Source: Octopus vulgaris
Taxonomy: Eukaryota
DNA length: 64,000 nucleotides
NCBI GenBank assembly: GCA_951406725.2
Contig: OX597831.1
Coordinates: forward strand, 56,048,001 to 56,112,000
Reading direction: 5' to 3'
The notes beneath the pieces are model-generated. The model made no database searches. It was not told the origin of the DNA and saw only the letters and a program-made list of their open reading frames with translations. Both the position numbers and the translations under genes were made by a program. Below are positions 39,703 through 52,860 of this stretch, piece by piece. How positions within the stretch are numbered: position 1 is the stretch's first letter; every line of letters begins with the position of its first letter.

Positions 39703-40519
39703 TCCGTCAAATGTAAATAATGTAAATAAAGAGCAAAATTTTATATTTATAGGGAAAGAGAAATTAGAAATGCTTATGCACAAAACTAAAAACACAGGTG
39801 AAATTAAATACTTTCCACCAAAGTTTGATGCCCACCCAACTTAAAGAAAAAAAAAATGCTCATGTTAATGCGATGAACAGCACGTTACAAATTAAATATT
39901 TTTAAAAAACAAACATTTTGTTGACCAGTTCATAAATTTACATGCTCAATTCTCAACAGACAGGTAAAACAAGTAGTTTCAATATATTTGTCTACACATG
40001 CTTTCCTGCAGACAAAAGAGTTCTCATGTTCTGCTTATTACTATGGAAACAGGCATGAATGTGTCTGTGGCTTATGATTGGCTAAAATTACCAAAACTTT
40101 CAAACTTTAATCGCTAACAACTCTTTATTTATTTATTTATTTATTTATAACAAAAATGATTTTTACATCTTTTATTAGCCAATAAAAGTGTATCATTACT
40201 CTGAATATGAAATCAATTCAAACAGAATTGATGCTGGCAGCCAAACCAACTAGAGCCAGTAAAAAGTCCTGGAAATTACTAAAACCTCACAAGTAAGAGA
40301 GTGAAGCATGCAGGTAATCCTTTACAGCTGTTACTGGGGTTTGGTGTTTTCAGTGAAAGCAATAAAATGCATTGTATTCATATACTCAAAATAGATTAGT
40401 ACTGGCAAATGTATATGAATCAGCACAAGTTTGAACTACATGAATCACTTCATCATATCATCAGAAGGGAATGAGGTTTAAGTAAGGAAAACCTTAATAT
40501 ATAAATATATACAAATAAG

Positions 40520-40900
40520 TTCAGGTATGACTGTGTGGTAAAAAGTTTGCTTCCCAACCACATGGTTCTGAGTTCAGTCCCACTGTCTGACTTCTTGAGT
40601 AAGTAAGTGTCTTCTACTATAGCCTCATGCCAACCAAAGCCCTGTGAGTGGATTTGGTAGACAGAAACTGAAAGAAGTGCATGTGTGTGTGCATGCGCAT
40701 TTGTCTGTCTCCCACCATTGCTTGATAAGCAGCGTTAATGTGTTTACATTCTCATAACTTAGCAGTTCAGCAAAAGAGACCAAGAGGATAAGTACCAGTA
40801 GGCCTAAAAGATAAGTCCTAGGGTCAATTTGTTCAACTAAAACCCTTCAAGATGGTGTCCCTGCATGGCTACAGTCAAATGACTGAAATGAGTAAGAGAT
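40520..40900 (+). mobile_element. SINE family A
   Basis: Head, microsatellite and tail modules present. Confidence 0.85.
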
Positions 40901-42040
40901 ATAAACAGTCATACAAATAGGTAGGTAACCTCACTGCAGAGAGAGAAATAAATAGGGAAGGTACTAGACAGAGGACAGGGAGGAAAAGATGAAGAATGGG
41001 ATAGTGCTGGAAAAGGAGAAGGAAGTCATGGGAAAAACAGAACAAGAAAACTGAATGAAAAATGACAACTGAGAAAGGGGGTACAGCTATAATGGCAACA
41101 TAATGGTCAGTCAGCCAAAACAATGAGTCAGTCCTATGAGTGAATGTGCAGAAGAATGAAACATCAAAATAGAAATAAATAGAAAGAGTAAAATTAAAAG
41201 GGAGAGAAAATTCAGCTCCCTGCTGTGTATACTGCCTGACCGTCTAGCTATGAAGCTGCAGGAAGTCACTGAGTATGTAAGAGCATGGCAACCCCAGGCT
41301 ACTTGAATTCTTCTAAGGAATAACTATGAACTTTTGCCTTTCTGATTCTCCAGTTTTTCAACTAAATCTATATATTTTTATACTCTTTTCCACAATTGTT
41401 ACAAATAATTTGATATCTTTTGCAACTCCTGTCCATCTTTTATTACATTGTGCATGTGCATATGTGTGTGTGTGTATGTGTGTGTGTGTGCGTTGTCTTG
41501 ACATCATGGGATAGTTTGTAAATGAACTTCATCATACAAGTGGTATCTATTTCCAACCTGCTATGAAGATATATCCAGTTGCAAGGAAGTATCACTATAC
41601 TTCAAAACAAGTAAGGGTTGGCGTCAGGACAGGCATATCTAGCCATAGAAAATCTGCCTCAAAGAATTTCATCTAACCCATGCAAACATGGAAAAGTGGA
41701 TGTTGATAGTGATTATATCTTTACAGGAGGCAGGTGGAAAAAAGGGGAAAGATTAAAGGAAATAAGTTGCTTTTGGGTAGCATATTGTTAACATGGTTAA
41801 ATTTAATGGGATGTTTATTTCTGCCATAGCATCCTCTCATGTGTATGCCTAAATGAAATCATACATCAATGCACTTTGGGGCGAAGGGAAATTTGTTGGT
41901 CAAGTTTTATAGAAATCATGGGTTTTAGGAAGGGAAAGGATTCTTTATATCAGGAGCCTAAGAATTTCTGGACTTCCAGAGCTTCATTAGGTGCAGTTTG
42001 AACTCTCTGTCTCTAGTGAAGATAAATTTTCATTTATTAA

Positions 42041-42261
42041 CTCTTTAGCATTTAAACCAACCATATCTGGCCAAAATATTCTGCCTGTTTTCTGTTCAAA
42101 CTGGCCATGGCCAGCCTCTCTCATTGTACCCTACAATGTCATCCTAAGACTAAACAATCACATCACTGAAATTTCAAAGCCACAAGATAATGCATAATTA
42201 ATTAAAAACAATGTGAATAAATAACCATTAAATTGGACAGAGTAATTTGAATGCTAAAGGG
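42041..42261. mobile_element. piggyBac-type MITE family 1
   Basis: TTAA|CTCTTTAGCATT...AATGCTAAAGGG|TTAT. Confidence 0.75.
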
Positions 42262-42685
42262 TTATAGAATGAAATAAACTCCCTTTAAAACAAACACTAT
42301 TTATCTACCATTATTTCTGTGATGACAGAATACTATTTGACTCTTATTAGACAAGTTAAGGTACATCCTACTCACTTTTCCCCACTAGATGAACCCATAT
42401 TTCTCTATGCCTAAATATCACCTGAATTATAGTTGGAAAAACACAAGAGGAAGGTAGCTGAACATTCTAAAATTTTGTAAGACAGGCTGCATCACCATCA
42501 TATTGAGCACTTCAACCCCTCACATCATCCACTACAAGGAGACAGATACAAACAAGTGCACACACACACACATAATAAGCAGGCTTCTTTAAGTTTCCAT
42601 CTACTATATCCACTCACAAGACTTCTGCTCGTCTAGGACCATATGATGCCAAAGGTGCCATGAGTGTCTACAATGTCTACTCTTT

Positions 42686-43060
42686 TATTTATTTATTTAT
42701 TTTAGTCATTGGACTGTGGCCATGCTGGGCCATCACTCTGAACGTTTCGCCAAACAAACTGACTCCTGACTCCCACACGTTTTTCTTAAGCTTGGTACTT
42801 ATTTGATCATTCTCTTTTTGCCAAACCACAAAGTGATGTGGGCATAAATCAACATTGGTTTGTGATGGAGAGGGACAAACACAAAGACACACACACACAG
42901 ACATATATGATAGGCTTCTTTCAGTTTCTGACTACCAAATCCACTGATAGTGCTTTGATCAGCCCAGGGCTATACTGAAAAACACTTGCCAAAAGACCCA
43001 CACAGTGAGAGCGAGCCCAGAACCAAGTAGCTGGGAAACAAATTTCTTATCACATCTGTA
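42686..43060 (-). mobile_element. SINE family A
   Basis: Diverged reverse-complement match. Confidence 0.8.
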
Positions 43061-43320
43061 CCTATATATATATATATATACACACACAAAGTAAGATAGG
43101 GGTTATGGTTGTAACCCACTATGGGATATCATTTATCCAATATACTGTTGGTAAAGTACATACACACATGCACAATATTGGAGGAGTTGGCATCACCTAT
43201 GTCTGTTTCCCATTTGATTGTGCATTTATTATGTTTTTTTAACTCATTACTTAATGCAATACTATGTACTGCAAAAATAATTTTCTTGTTTATATATTTA
43301 TATATATATATATATATATA

Positions 43321-43915
43321 GGGAGAATTCACAAAAAAAAACAAAAGACGAAGATAGATGGTGTAGACAACAAACATGTATTAGTTTAACACTCAGGAAG
43401 TGAAAAAGTCTTTAACATTTCGAGCCTATATTCTTTCAGAGAAAGAAACACAGAAAGAAACAAGGAGAGAAAATAAAGAATGTGTAGTGGTTAGCAATCT
43501 ATCATAGCGAATGCTGGACAGAGGGGTCACACAGAAAAGCTAGGAAAAAGGGGAGATAATAAAGTAGTGGTGATCCCAAAACGAAGGTGCACATATGTGT
43601 GTATAAGAGGGCATGTATGTGCATGTGGAAGAGGGTTGGTGACCTTGACATGTGCATGTATGTGTAGGTGTGTGGATGTGGAGCTGGGAAGTGGTCAGTG
43701 CTAGTGTGTGCATGGTGGTGTGATGTGATGTTGTGTGGTATGGTGTAGTGGTGTGATGGTGTTGGGATGTGGGGGAGGTGAGAGTGGGGAAAGCAAGGGT
43801 GGGGTGTGGGTTAGGTCGAGGGTGGGGTATGTTTGAAGGAGGGGAAAGGTCGGTTAGGGAAGATGTGCAAAATGGAGGAGTCAGACGAGTTGTGCCTATA
43901 AGGCTAAGCACATTA
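43321..43915 (-). mobile_element. Penelope-like terminal fragment
   Basis: Starts at a (TA)n run. Minus strand TCTTT...GCTCGAAATGTT-AAAGA hammerhead-like relic with a low-complexity CA-rich upstream region. Confidence 0.5.
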
Positions 43916-44428
43916 TGAATGCAAAACTATTGGTCACTATGACCAGACATATAATTAACTTCCAGTAAATATATTACTGCTCTAACATTTAGAGCGTGCT
44001 TCTTTTTGGGATATTTGATCCATTGATTATATATATACACACACACTATTTTTTTTTATATAATACATATTCTATTATATATGTGTATTATCATTTGAGC
44101 ATGGTTGATGCCAGTGCTGCTTGACTGGTCCTGTGCTGGTGGTGTGTAAAAAGCACCATTCAAGCGTGGTCATTGCCAGTGCCGCCTGACTGGCTCCCAT
44201 ACTGGTGGGGTGTAAAAAGCAACATTCAAGCGTGGTTGTTGACCTGACTGACTCCCATGTCAGTGACACGTAAAAAGCACCCACTACACTCTCGGAGTGG
44301 TTGGTGTTAGAATGGGTATTCAGCTGTAGAGATCTTGCCAGATCAGATTGGAGCCTGATTCAGCCTTCTGGCTTGCCAATCTTCAGTTAAACCATCCAAC
44401 CCTTGCCAGCATAGAAAGCAAACATTAA

Positions 44429-44608
44429 CCCTTTCATTACTGTATTTATTTTGAGATTCTCTGTTTTTCTCTCAATTATTTTAAATATAACAAAGAATTT
44501 AGTAAAATAACTTAGTTATCATTAATCTAGTGTTAGGAACATTAATTGTGACTAAGGTTTGGTGAAAGATTTTACTACAGACCCAGAGCCGGTTTAGTAA
44601 CGAAAGGG
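44429..44608. mobile_element. piggyBac-type MITE family 2 inserted in the tail of a family C SINE
   Basis: TTAA|CCCTTTCATTAC...GTAACGAAAGGG|TTAA. Confidence 0.78.
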
Positions 44609-44869
44609 TTAAACAACAATGATGATCATCATCATCATTATTTAATGTCTATTCTCCATGATGTCATAGGTCGGATGGTTTAAAAAGAGCCGACAAGCAG
44701 GAAGACTGTGCCAAGCTCTATTGCCTGTTTTGCCATGGTTTCTATGACTGGATGCCCTTCCTCATGCTAAATGCATACATATAAAAAGGTAGCTTCTCTT
44801 TATTCTATGTATTGTATTCTCTTCATTTAACAACCACACATAACAACAATTCCAAATCCATGCCTCTTT

Positions 44870-46290
44870 TTTAACAAGAGCAAGTGTGCCCGTCATATTT
44901 TGCATAATATATATGTTATACAAAACATTGTGCTAGAAAAAAACGGAGATGCCAACAAGTTGAAATATATCTTAAATGATGGAGGTACACTTGCTCTTGC
45001 TGCTAATAATAAGAAAGAGGTATGAAAGTGTTGTTATGAGAAGTGGTTGACTGAGGAGAACGCATGGGATAAGAAGCTGTCATATGCCAATCCAACAAAG
45101 CTCAGCAATTCAAGTTAACAGAGTGATTAGACAGTGATCAAGGATTTGAAGGTAGGGGAAGCTGCTTGTCCATCAGGGAGAGTTTCCAACATGTTAAAAA
45201 TGTCTGACAAAATAAGATACAAGCTAGTCACTAGAATAGTTAATCAGGTAGTAACAGGAGGTGTCAGATATCTGGCATAGTAGTACTGATACAAAGACAA
45301 AAGAGATGTAATTAGAGACATCAAATTGATGCATCAGGCTACGAAGGTCACAGAATGAATCATAGCACAGGAACAGAATTAGCCTAGATGAAATGCAATT
45401 CAGACTCTTGCTTGAAAGAGTACCATAGATGCAATCTTCCTAGTGAGACAACCACAGGAGGAATACTTAGGTAAGAGTAAAACACTAGCAGTCATTGATT
45501 TGGAGAAGGCCCTTGATAGGGTGCCATGCTCTGTAATATGGCGGTCACTAAAGAAACATAGGGTGGATGAATGGCTTAATCAAGCAATACAAGCTATGAA
45601 TAAATGGTACAGTAACTAAACAATGGGTTCAGTAACAAATTTAGCATGAAGGTAGAGGTCCATTCAGATTCAGCCTCCTCCTATTCACCCTAGCAGATTG
45701 AAGCCATCACAGGAGAGTTCAAAACAGGCTGTGTATGCACATTAGCAAAATCATAATGTATCAGGTGTACAGGAGCATTAAGTATAGAGTGTACCCAGGA
45801 AATAGATCCTCTCAAATGCTCAGAAGTCTCTAAGTAATCAATAGTTTTTCTTACCTAGCTAACCCTGAAAGCAGCATAGCTAAGGTAAGAAGAGAGTGAA
45901 AAAAATTCAGGGAACTACTATCTGTACTGGCGACAAAAGGCCTCTCCCTCAGAGAGAAGAGCAGATTGTATGATGCTTGTATACTAAGCACAGTGCAACA
46001 AAGTAGTAATGAGACCTCGGCCCTGATTGTAAAGGATTTGCAAAAGCTAGAAAGAAACAAGACTGTTGTCATTTGCTGGATTTGTAATATCATTATGTAC
46101 AAATAATGCAGTCCAAATGACCTAAGAGAAAAACTGTGCATAAGATGTATCAAATGTAGTTTGTACTGCATTGGTATGAGCATGTAATGCTCACAGATGA
46201 CAAGAGCTACATAAAACAGTATTCAAAGTGAATGGTACCTATTGAAAAGAAAAACCTAGGAAGACGTAGGACGAAGTGGCGAAAATTCAA
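44870..46290 (+). mobile_element. Decayed RTE-clade LINE
   Basis: TIDAIFLVRQPQEEYLGKSKTLAVIDLEKALDRVPCSVIWRSLKKHRVDEWL at ~45420-45580, with downstream RT C-terminal relics. Confidence 0.82.
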
Positions 46291-48329
46291 GATGTTGATA
46301 GCTGGGATACTCTTGCAACATTCACTCACTGTTCTTCCTCTGACCTCTCTCCTCAGCCTCCCTGCCTGGGATGCTTTCACTGGCTCCGCTCCTTAGCAAC
46401 CCACTCCTGCCAAAGATTCTTTCACTGCTTTCTTCCTCTGCTCCTTCCAACATTTATGGCACTCTTCTCCTTCCAAACTCTCCCTATTTCATTTTATTCA
46501 CTCTCTATTCCCTCCTCCCATAGGTTATTCTCCAGCCTTTCTTTCTCTCACTGCATTTATCTACCACCCTCTTTCCCTTTATCTCATCAACTTCTCTCTA
46601 AAGCTTTCTCTGCTCTTCCCCTAACATCTAGGGTACTCCCTACCCTCTTCTCCCACTAGCTATGGTACTCTCTTTCACTCACTGCTCTTTTTATTCTCAC
46701 CCACTGCCTTGTTTTCTCTTTACTCTCCTCTCCCCACAGTTTCATTCTCAACACCCTTTCACCCCTCCCTCCCTGGCCTACTCCCATGACCACATCCCAC
46801 GTTCCTTTTCCCTCACTTTCCATCCATACTCTTATGTGGAATATCCTTGGACCCCACCACATAACCTACCTCATTACTCTTACCATGCTGTCCCTGACAT
46901 TAATCCTCATCTTTTCTCCTGTCCCTTCCATACTTCCTTCCCAATAATATCTCCACTACCACAATCTTTTAACTATAAATCTGTTCCTCAAATTACTATT
47001 TACCCTCTCTTCTATTCTCCATCAGTTATAGAAGCCCTTTTAGGCTTTTCGTCATGTAAGTGGGAAGGTGACCTCACTAGTGCTGGTACCATAAAAACAG
47101 CACCCAGTATACTGTAAAGTAGTTGGCATTAGGAAAGGTATTTAGCTGTGGAAAACATGCCAAAAATGGCATTAGAGCATAACACAGTCCTCCAACTCAT
47201 TCAATCCTGTCAAACTATCCAACCCATACTAGTATGGAAAATAGATGTTAAATCATATGTTTATATATATATACAGAGAGAGAGGGCGGAGCAAACTAAC
47301 ATTTTCCCCTTGCTAGACGAGTTTCCAAAAAAGATTGGAAATGAATGACATCATTTGTATGATAGTGACGCTTCCAACTATCATGCGGTCAAGACAAGGA
47401 GACACAGACACACAAACGATGGGCTTTTCCAGTTGCCATCAACCGAAACCACTCACATGCTTTTGGTCGGCCCAGGACTATAGAAGACATCAGAGGTGCC
47501 ACGCAGTGGGACTGAATCCAAAACCACATAGTTGGGAAGCAAACTTCCTAACATATTTACACACACACGAACATCAAAGTTACCTCTGTTGGGGTGTGCA
47601 AGATGAAGGGCAGCAACAAGTGACGAGATGCTGTGGGACCCCTCCAAACCTAAGCCATCATCATTACTCCATACGTTTTTCGACAACTAGTCGTGTAACT
47701 ATTTTCATATCTAAAAGTCTGTATTTATTTTCAACGCTGTATTCGTATTGATTTTGCGTGCGCGTGTGTGTAGAAAGCTTTGTTTACAATAAACATTCAT
47801 AATACATATTTATAAAAAGAAATTAGAGACGAAACAATTACGAACACAAGTAACATAAATCACAACTTCTAATTTTTGAAAACTGACACAGAACTTCACT
47901 GTACTGCGCACAGAAGCTTGAAACGAATAACACTGAAGATAAATTCTTTACGATGATAAGTATCTTAGTACAGCTGGAATGAAACCTTACACCTAATTTT
48001 TATATGGAAGTAAACATGCTGCTGTGTGAGCAAAAAAAGTATACTACTTCCCGGGTAATGATCTAGAACAATGAGCTGCATGATTTAATTACGTTTAATT
48101 TATTGTCACGTTTTACAAAGACTAATAAAATACGTAAATGTAAATATATAGAATTATAAATGTCAAGCACAGAAACACATACAAACAATAAATAAATGCT
48201 ATTTTATGACGGAGATGGGGATTCGATGGTAGCGGCTGGAATGACTTGTTCTTCATATAGTGATAAATAAAAGGCTTGTCAAAGAAAGTAAAATTTTGTT
48301 TAGAGAAAAAAAGTTATCAGTAAACATAT

Positions 48330-48500
48330 TTCAGTGCCAGATATTTATATTTTTGTAGCATGAAAGAACATTGGTTTATTGCGTAGCCTACAGGGGACCC
48401 GTGATATCAGAAAGAAGTAAGAAATTGATATCGTTGATTCGAATCTTAAACAATTGAGTGCTGGGTTATTATAGGACTGATTATATTTATGGAAGGAGAG
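48330..48500 (+). pseudogene. Possible LINE APE-endonuclease relic
   Basis: RTLVYCVAYRGP...WVIIG resembles APE 'VYRPP...IIGDFN'. Very decayed. Confidence 0.3.
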
Positions 48501-49964
48501 TAAGGAGTTCTACATAGCAGCAGTCATGGGAAGAAAGGACTCTGTATATAATGACTGATATGAAATGCGGAAAAAGAAGCAGTACAAGTACTGAGAAGAG
48601 GAAAAGTGAAGGTACAATTCGATAATTCTGACGAGTCTGTTATAAAGTAATGCAAGTGACACGGGATTCAGGAAACAAAGCATTTAGATGGATTAAGAAT
48701 CAAAGATGTTATCGATCAAACATTTTACATATATTCTTGCATACCAATGATAGAAATAGATGCCATACGATAAAAGCAGTACTCCACGGAGTCTTGTAAA
48801 GAGTAAACAGCTGCTCGGATTTCCAAAGAGAAAACATGCACTATCTTGATGATATAAAGTTCCAAAAGTAGCAGGAGTTGGTCGTTGTGAAATGAATGGG
48901 ATCTTTTACAATGGGAACTCTTTCTTTTAACTCTGAATGAACAATTCCTCCACATGCGACACCTATTTAAAATATTATCACTCATAACAACTTCAATTAG
49001 ATTTGGCTCAGTGAATTCCGAGAGGAGAAAAGCCAATTTATATATTTTATAAATCAATAACTAGCACACACACAAAACTTTAACATTTCCAATAACTTAT
49101 ATGTTATACTGTTAGTAACTTGAAAACCACCATATAGCAGACGGATAAAACATCATTCATAAAATATCCACATTAGAACTATCTACATGAACAGTTTAGC
49201 TTGAAGCACCGCTTAATTATCACAAAAACTAAAGCAAATCAATAGTTTGTATTCAAAATATAGATTGTATTAGATAAGAAGTGGGAAGAGATGAAAGAAA
49301 AACAAAAGTCGAATGAAACAATGGAATCAAAGTAAAATATAACATTCTGACGGAGGACAATGAATTCTTCAAAGACGGGAGGAGGACAGGCAGTCAGGCA
49401 TTTGTCCATTTCCTTAACATTGCATTCTAGTTATTCTCCCTTCTGAGAGGTCATCTCTAACAACATAGTCTTTCTAGGATATTGTTTTACGTGCGAAGAG
49501 AACCGATTTGTCGTAAAACATAACTGAAGGTTACAAAATAACCAATGACGTGCCTATTTCTGTGAAGGAGTGCTGGACTGAAGTCAACAGGTGAAACTAG
49601 GAATGACAACAATGGCCAGCAATGAGCGACTGAAAAAGAGTTGGCGGGGGGGGGGGGGGTGAGAAAGGAGTTGCCAAAACGAAGGAACAGTTATCAAGGT
49701 GCATCTTCAATTACTTTTATAAATGAAATAAATGCAGCGATGCAAGTCCCTAACAATTGAATATTTAATCTTAAACTAATAATATTCCGATTTAATTATG
49801 AAATAACACACACTCAAACAAATTCTACTGTAATGTCCCGTCAGTCGATTATAGAGTTACCATTATATATATATATATACACACACACACAACAAAGTCT
49901 TCAAGGTCCTTTGGATAATTCTAAGAGATTTGGAGAAAGGGCAGAGATATGCAGAGAAACAAAC

Positions 49965-50210
49965 CTTCTTAGATTTTCCTACTGTCAGACGTAGTGTTGA
50001 GCGACAATAATAGCAGGCGACTTCTCCAATGTGAAGGAGAGTTTCAGTAAAAACTGGCAACGAATGCCGGCTTCTTCCTGCTGCTGCTACTACCGCCTCG
50101 CTTCCATCTAGTTTTATTCCTACGCTGACTTCCGTCAGGCTAGGACCGTCTCCTCTTCAACCCGGTTACGTGTGACTCGCCGGCCAACACGAACCCGGAA
50201 TAACCATAGT
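49965..50210 (-). other. Putative non-coding first exon of the DPP9-like gene
   Basis: Non-repetitive GC/CpG-rich tract ending in a minus-strand donor AAG|GTTTGT at 49965, upstream of the ATG exon. The link to DPP9 and the start coordinate are inferred. Confidence 0.5.
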
Positions 50211-52860
50211 GAATGAGGAAATTTGGAATATTGAAACACATAACAAGTATATCTTTCTACACAACAGACCGTGTGCGCAAAAGTTTAATTTTTAAGAATT
50301 TTGTCGATGATTTTTCAGAATATATGGATAATATTGAGTGGGTCTATTTTGTTGACAATTGACACTCTTTACTACATCGTACCTCGGTTTCGTCAATTTT
50401 TCGTGTCACGTGTGTAAAAAAAAATTGTCCCAATCAAAGCAGACGGTTCAATATGTTGACATGGAAAATGTTTCTTGCGTGTTTTTAATATCTTAATCAT
50501 GAAAAACACATTTTTGAAATTATTTCAGCAAAATCAAATACATGCACGTAACACACGAGTAAATTAATTACTTTATTTTTAGTTAGACATCTGTCTTTTC
50601 CGTTAAATAATGGTCTGCAGAAAATTCCGGAAGAGTTCCAACTAATTCCAAGTGGGTCACATTGATTGATATTCTATAGCGACAAGCCAATTTCTCCAAC
50701 TGTTTCATTATACCAACAGGGCCAACTTGTGCATGTCATATAATACGGATTCTATAAGAAAAAAAATATTATTATTCTACATTAAGTTAACTTATATTTC
50801 TTGATTGCATTAAATGTTTGGTGGAATTCTGAGGTAATCTTCCTGCGAGATACCCTGTTACTATGAGCGGGTTTGGTTCCTACGCAGTACATTATTTTAA
50901 TTTTCATAGAACCTGGTAACTAATGTGTACGGCGATAGGGAAGGTAGGTCAAGAAAACCTGAAGTGAGATAATGCAAAGTGACCTCATCGAATTTGAATG
51001 GACTGAGAAATGAGACTTTCTTGAACTGCTACAACGAGTGGATATAGGAGTAATATAGACGTAAATTTAAACGATTTTTTTGGAAAACTTCTTCAGATTT
51101 TGGAATTCCCATCATTATTACTATTGTATGACTAATTCTAACTATTATTAATTCTTCAATACTTTACCCTTTCGCAGTGATGATTCTTTCATCACTATAA
51201 CTTTTTTTTTCTCTTCAATTGGCACGGGACCAAGTTTTGTTTATAGAAGAAATGCGAAGTTAGTTGATGACATTGACCTTTAAAGAGGAAATTTTGCTTA
51301 GGAAGTTTCTCATTGTGCTGAAATTAATTCATTAAATAACTGAAAGAGAACCAAAAAGTTTTTTAATCAAATTTAGATATTTTATATGTATCTATATTTA
51401 GATGTTTTATATTATGAGTATGCAGATTTTTAGCATTAAAACAGACAGGCAAGCCGGTGAGAAAATAATGGATCTAATACTCATATTAATGTTTGAAAGT
51501 ATTACCAAAGGTCCAATGGATTTAATTGAAGTTAGATCGGACTACTACTTCTTGTAACTCACATACACACTAATTATGGGTCACCACCACCACCTACACA
51601 TTTAAAATGTGCAATTTCACAAAATGTTATCAACATAACATTGGATTTCTAAATGCTTTAAACTACAGCAAGGGTGCAATTACTATATATATGTATATAA
51701 AGCACTCATACTGGTGCCATGTTAAAAGTGCTGGTGCCACATAAAAAGCACCCAGCACACTTCCTAAAGAGGTTGGCATTAGGAAGGGCATCCAGTTGTA
51801 GAAACAACAGGCAACAAAGATGGTGTGCCTCTGTCCCTCCCCACCCCCACCCTTTCCAGCTCCAGTCAAACTGTCCAACCCATGCTTGCACGGGTTGGAC
51901 AGAGTTTATCAAGGAAGATTTTCTGTAGCCAGATGCCATTTTTGTTGCCAACCCTCACTTGTTTCCAAGCAAGGTAAATATTTCCTTGTGGTCAGAGATG
52001 ATTGGAAATGAAGTGTTGTAGTACTGAACAAAGTGGCTTTATGCCAGGTGATGAGAGGTTAAAGTATGATAGAAGGATAGAAACAGGTGTTTTGCAGCGG
52101 AAGAGATACAGGACTACTCCAGTAAGAAAAGGAGAGAAGAGATGATGCAGAGGTGTCAGGACATACCCTCAGGTACATGAAAATAAATAATAAAGAGATG
52201 GTTCAAAGCTACTGGACAGTGTAAAAGGAGAGTGGCAACTGGATAGAAGTGAATGGTGAACACAAATGGAGGTGTGTGGTCAATTGTGAATAATAGCTTG
52301 GAGGAGGAAAGGTAGAAGAAACAAGATTGGGTCAGGGAGAGGATAGGTGGCAGCAGAAATGATGTGAAGTGTGAGTAGTATGCAAGATATGCACAATGCC
52401 AGGGACATAAGCAGTGGGAGGGAGGCTGCCATTGGGAAAATGAAAGAATGGGTGTACAGGGGAAGAGTAGAGACAACAGGGTGCATTCAGAGGAAAATAA
52501 GATGGTAGGGGATGACACTGAGAGTGTGAGATACAAAATTCTCATATAGTTACAACAGCTGAATGAATAGTGCCATAGTCAGAAGAATGGAGGGGAAGGT
52601 GAGTTGTAGAGAAGAGACATGCTAGGGGCATATACATAAACTGTATGCTTTTTAGGGTCTCATTTGTATTGAGATGGATGGGTTTTCTTGAGTACAGCAA
52701 GTTGCCAGTCATCTAAATCCTTTGTCATCTCTCCCATGAGACTCAACATCCAAGGTCATTCTTCACCACTTTGTCCTACATCATCATGAGTCTCCCTCTT
52801 CCACAGGTTCCATCCACATTTAGCAATTGGCACATCTTTATACATATATATATATATATA

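Larger units (their letters stand above)
47600..51050. promoter_or_regulatory. CpG-retaining promoter-like region
   Basis: CG dinucleotides are visibly frequent in non-repeat DNA here and rare in the flanks. ETS-like CGGAAGT on minus at 50128-50134 and an E-box CACGTG near 50407. Confidence 0.6.

Noticed and set aside
46276-47117. 127- and 151-aa ORFs
   Set aside because: They arise from stop-poor pyrimidine-rich sequence.
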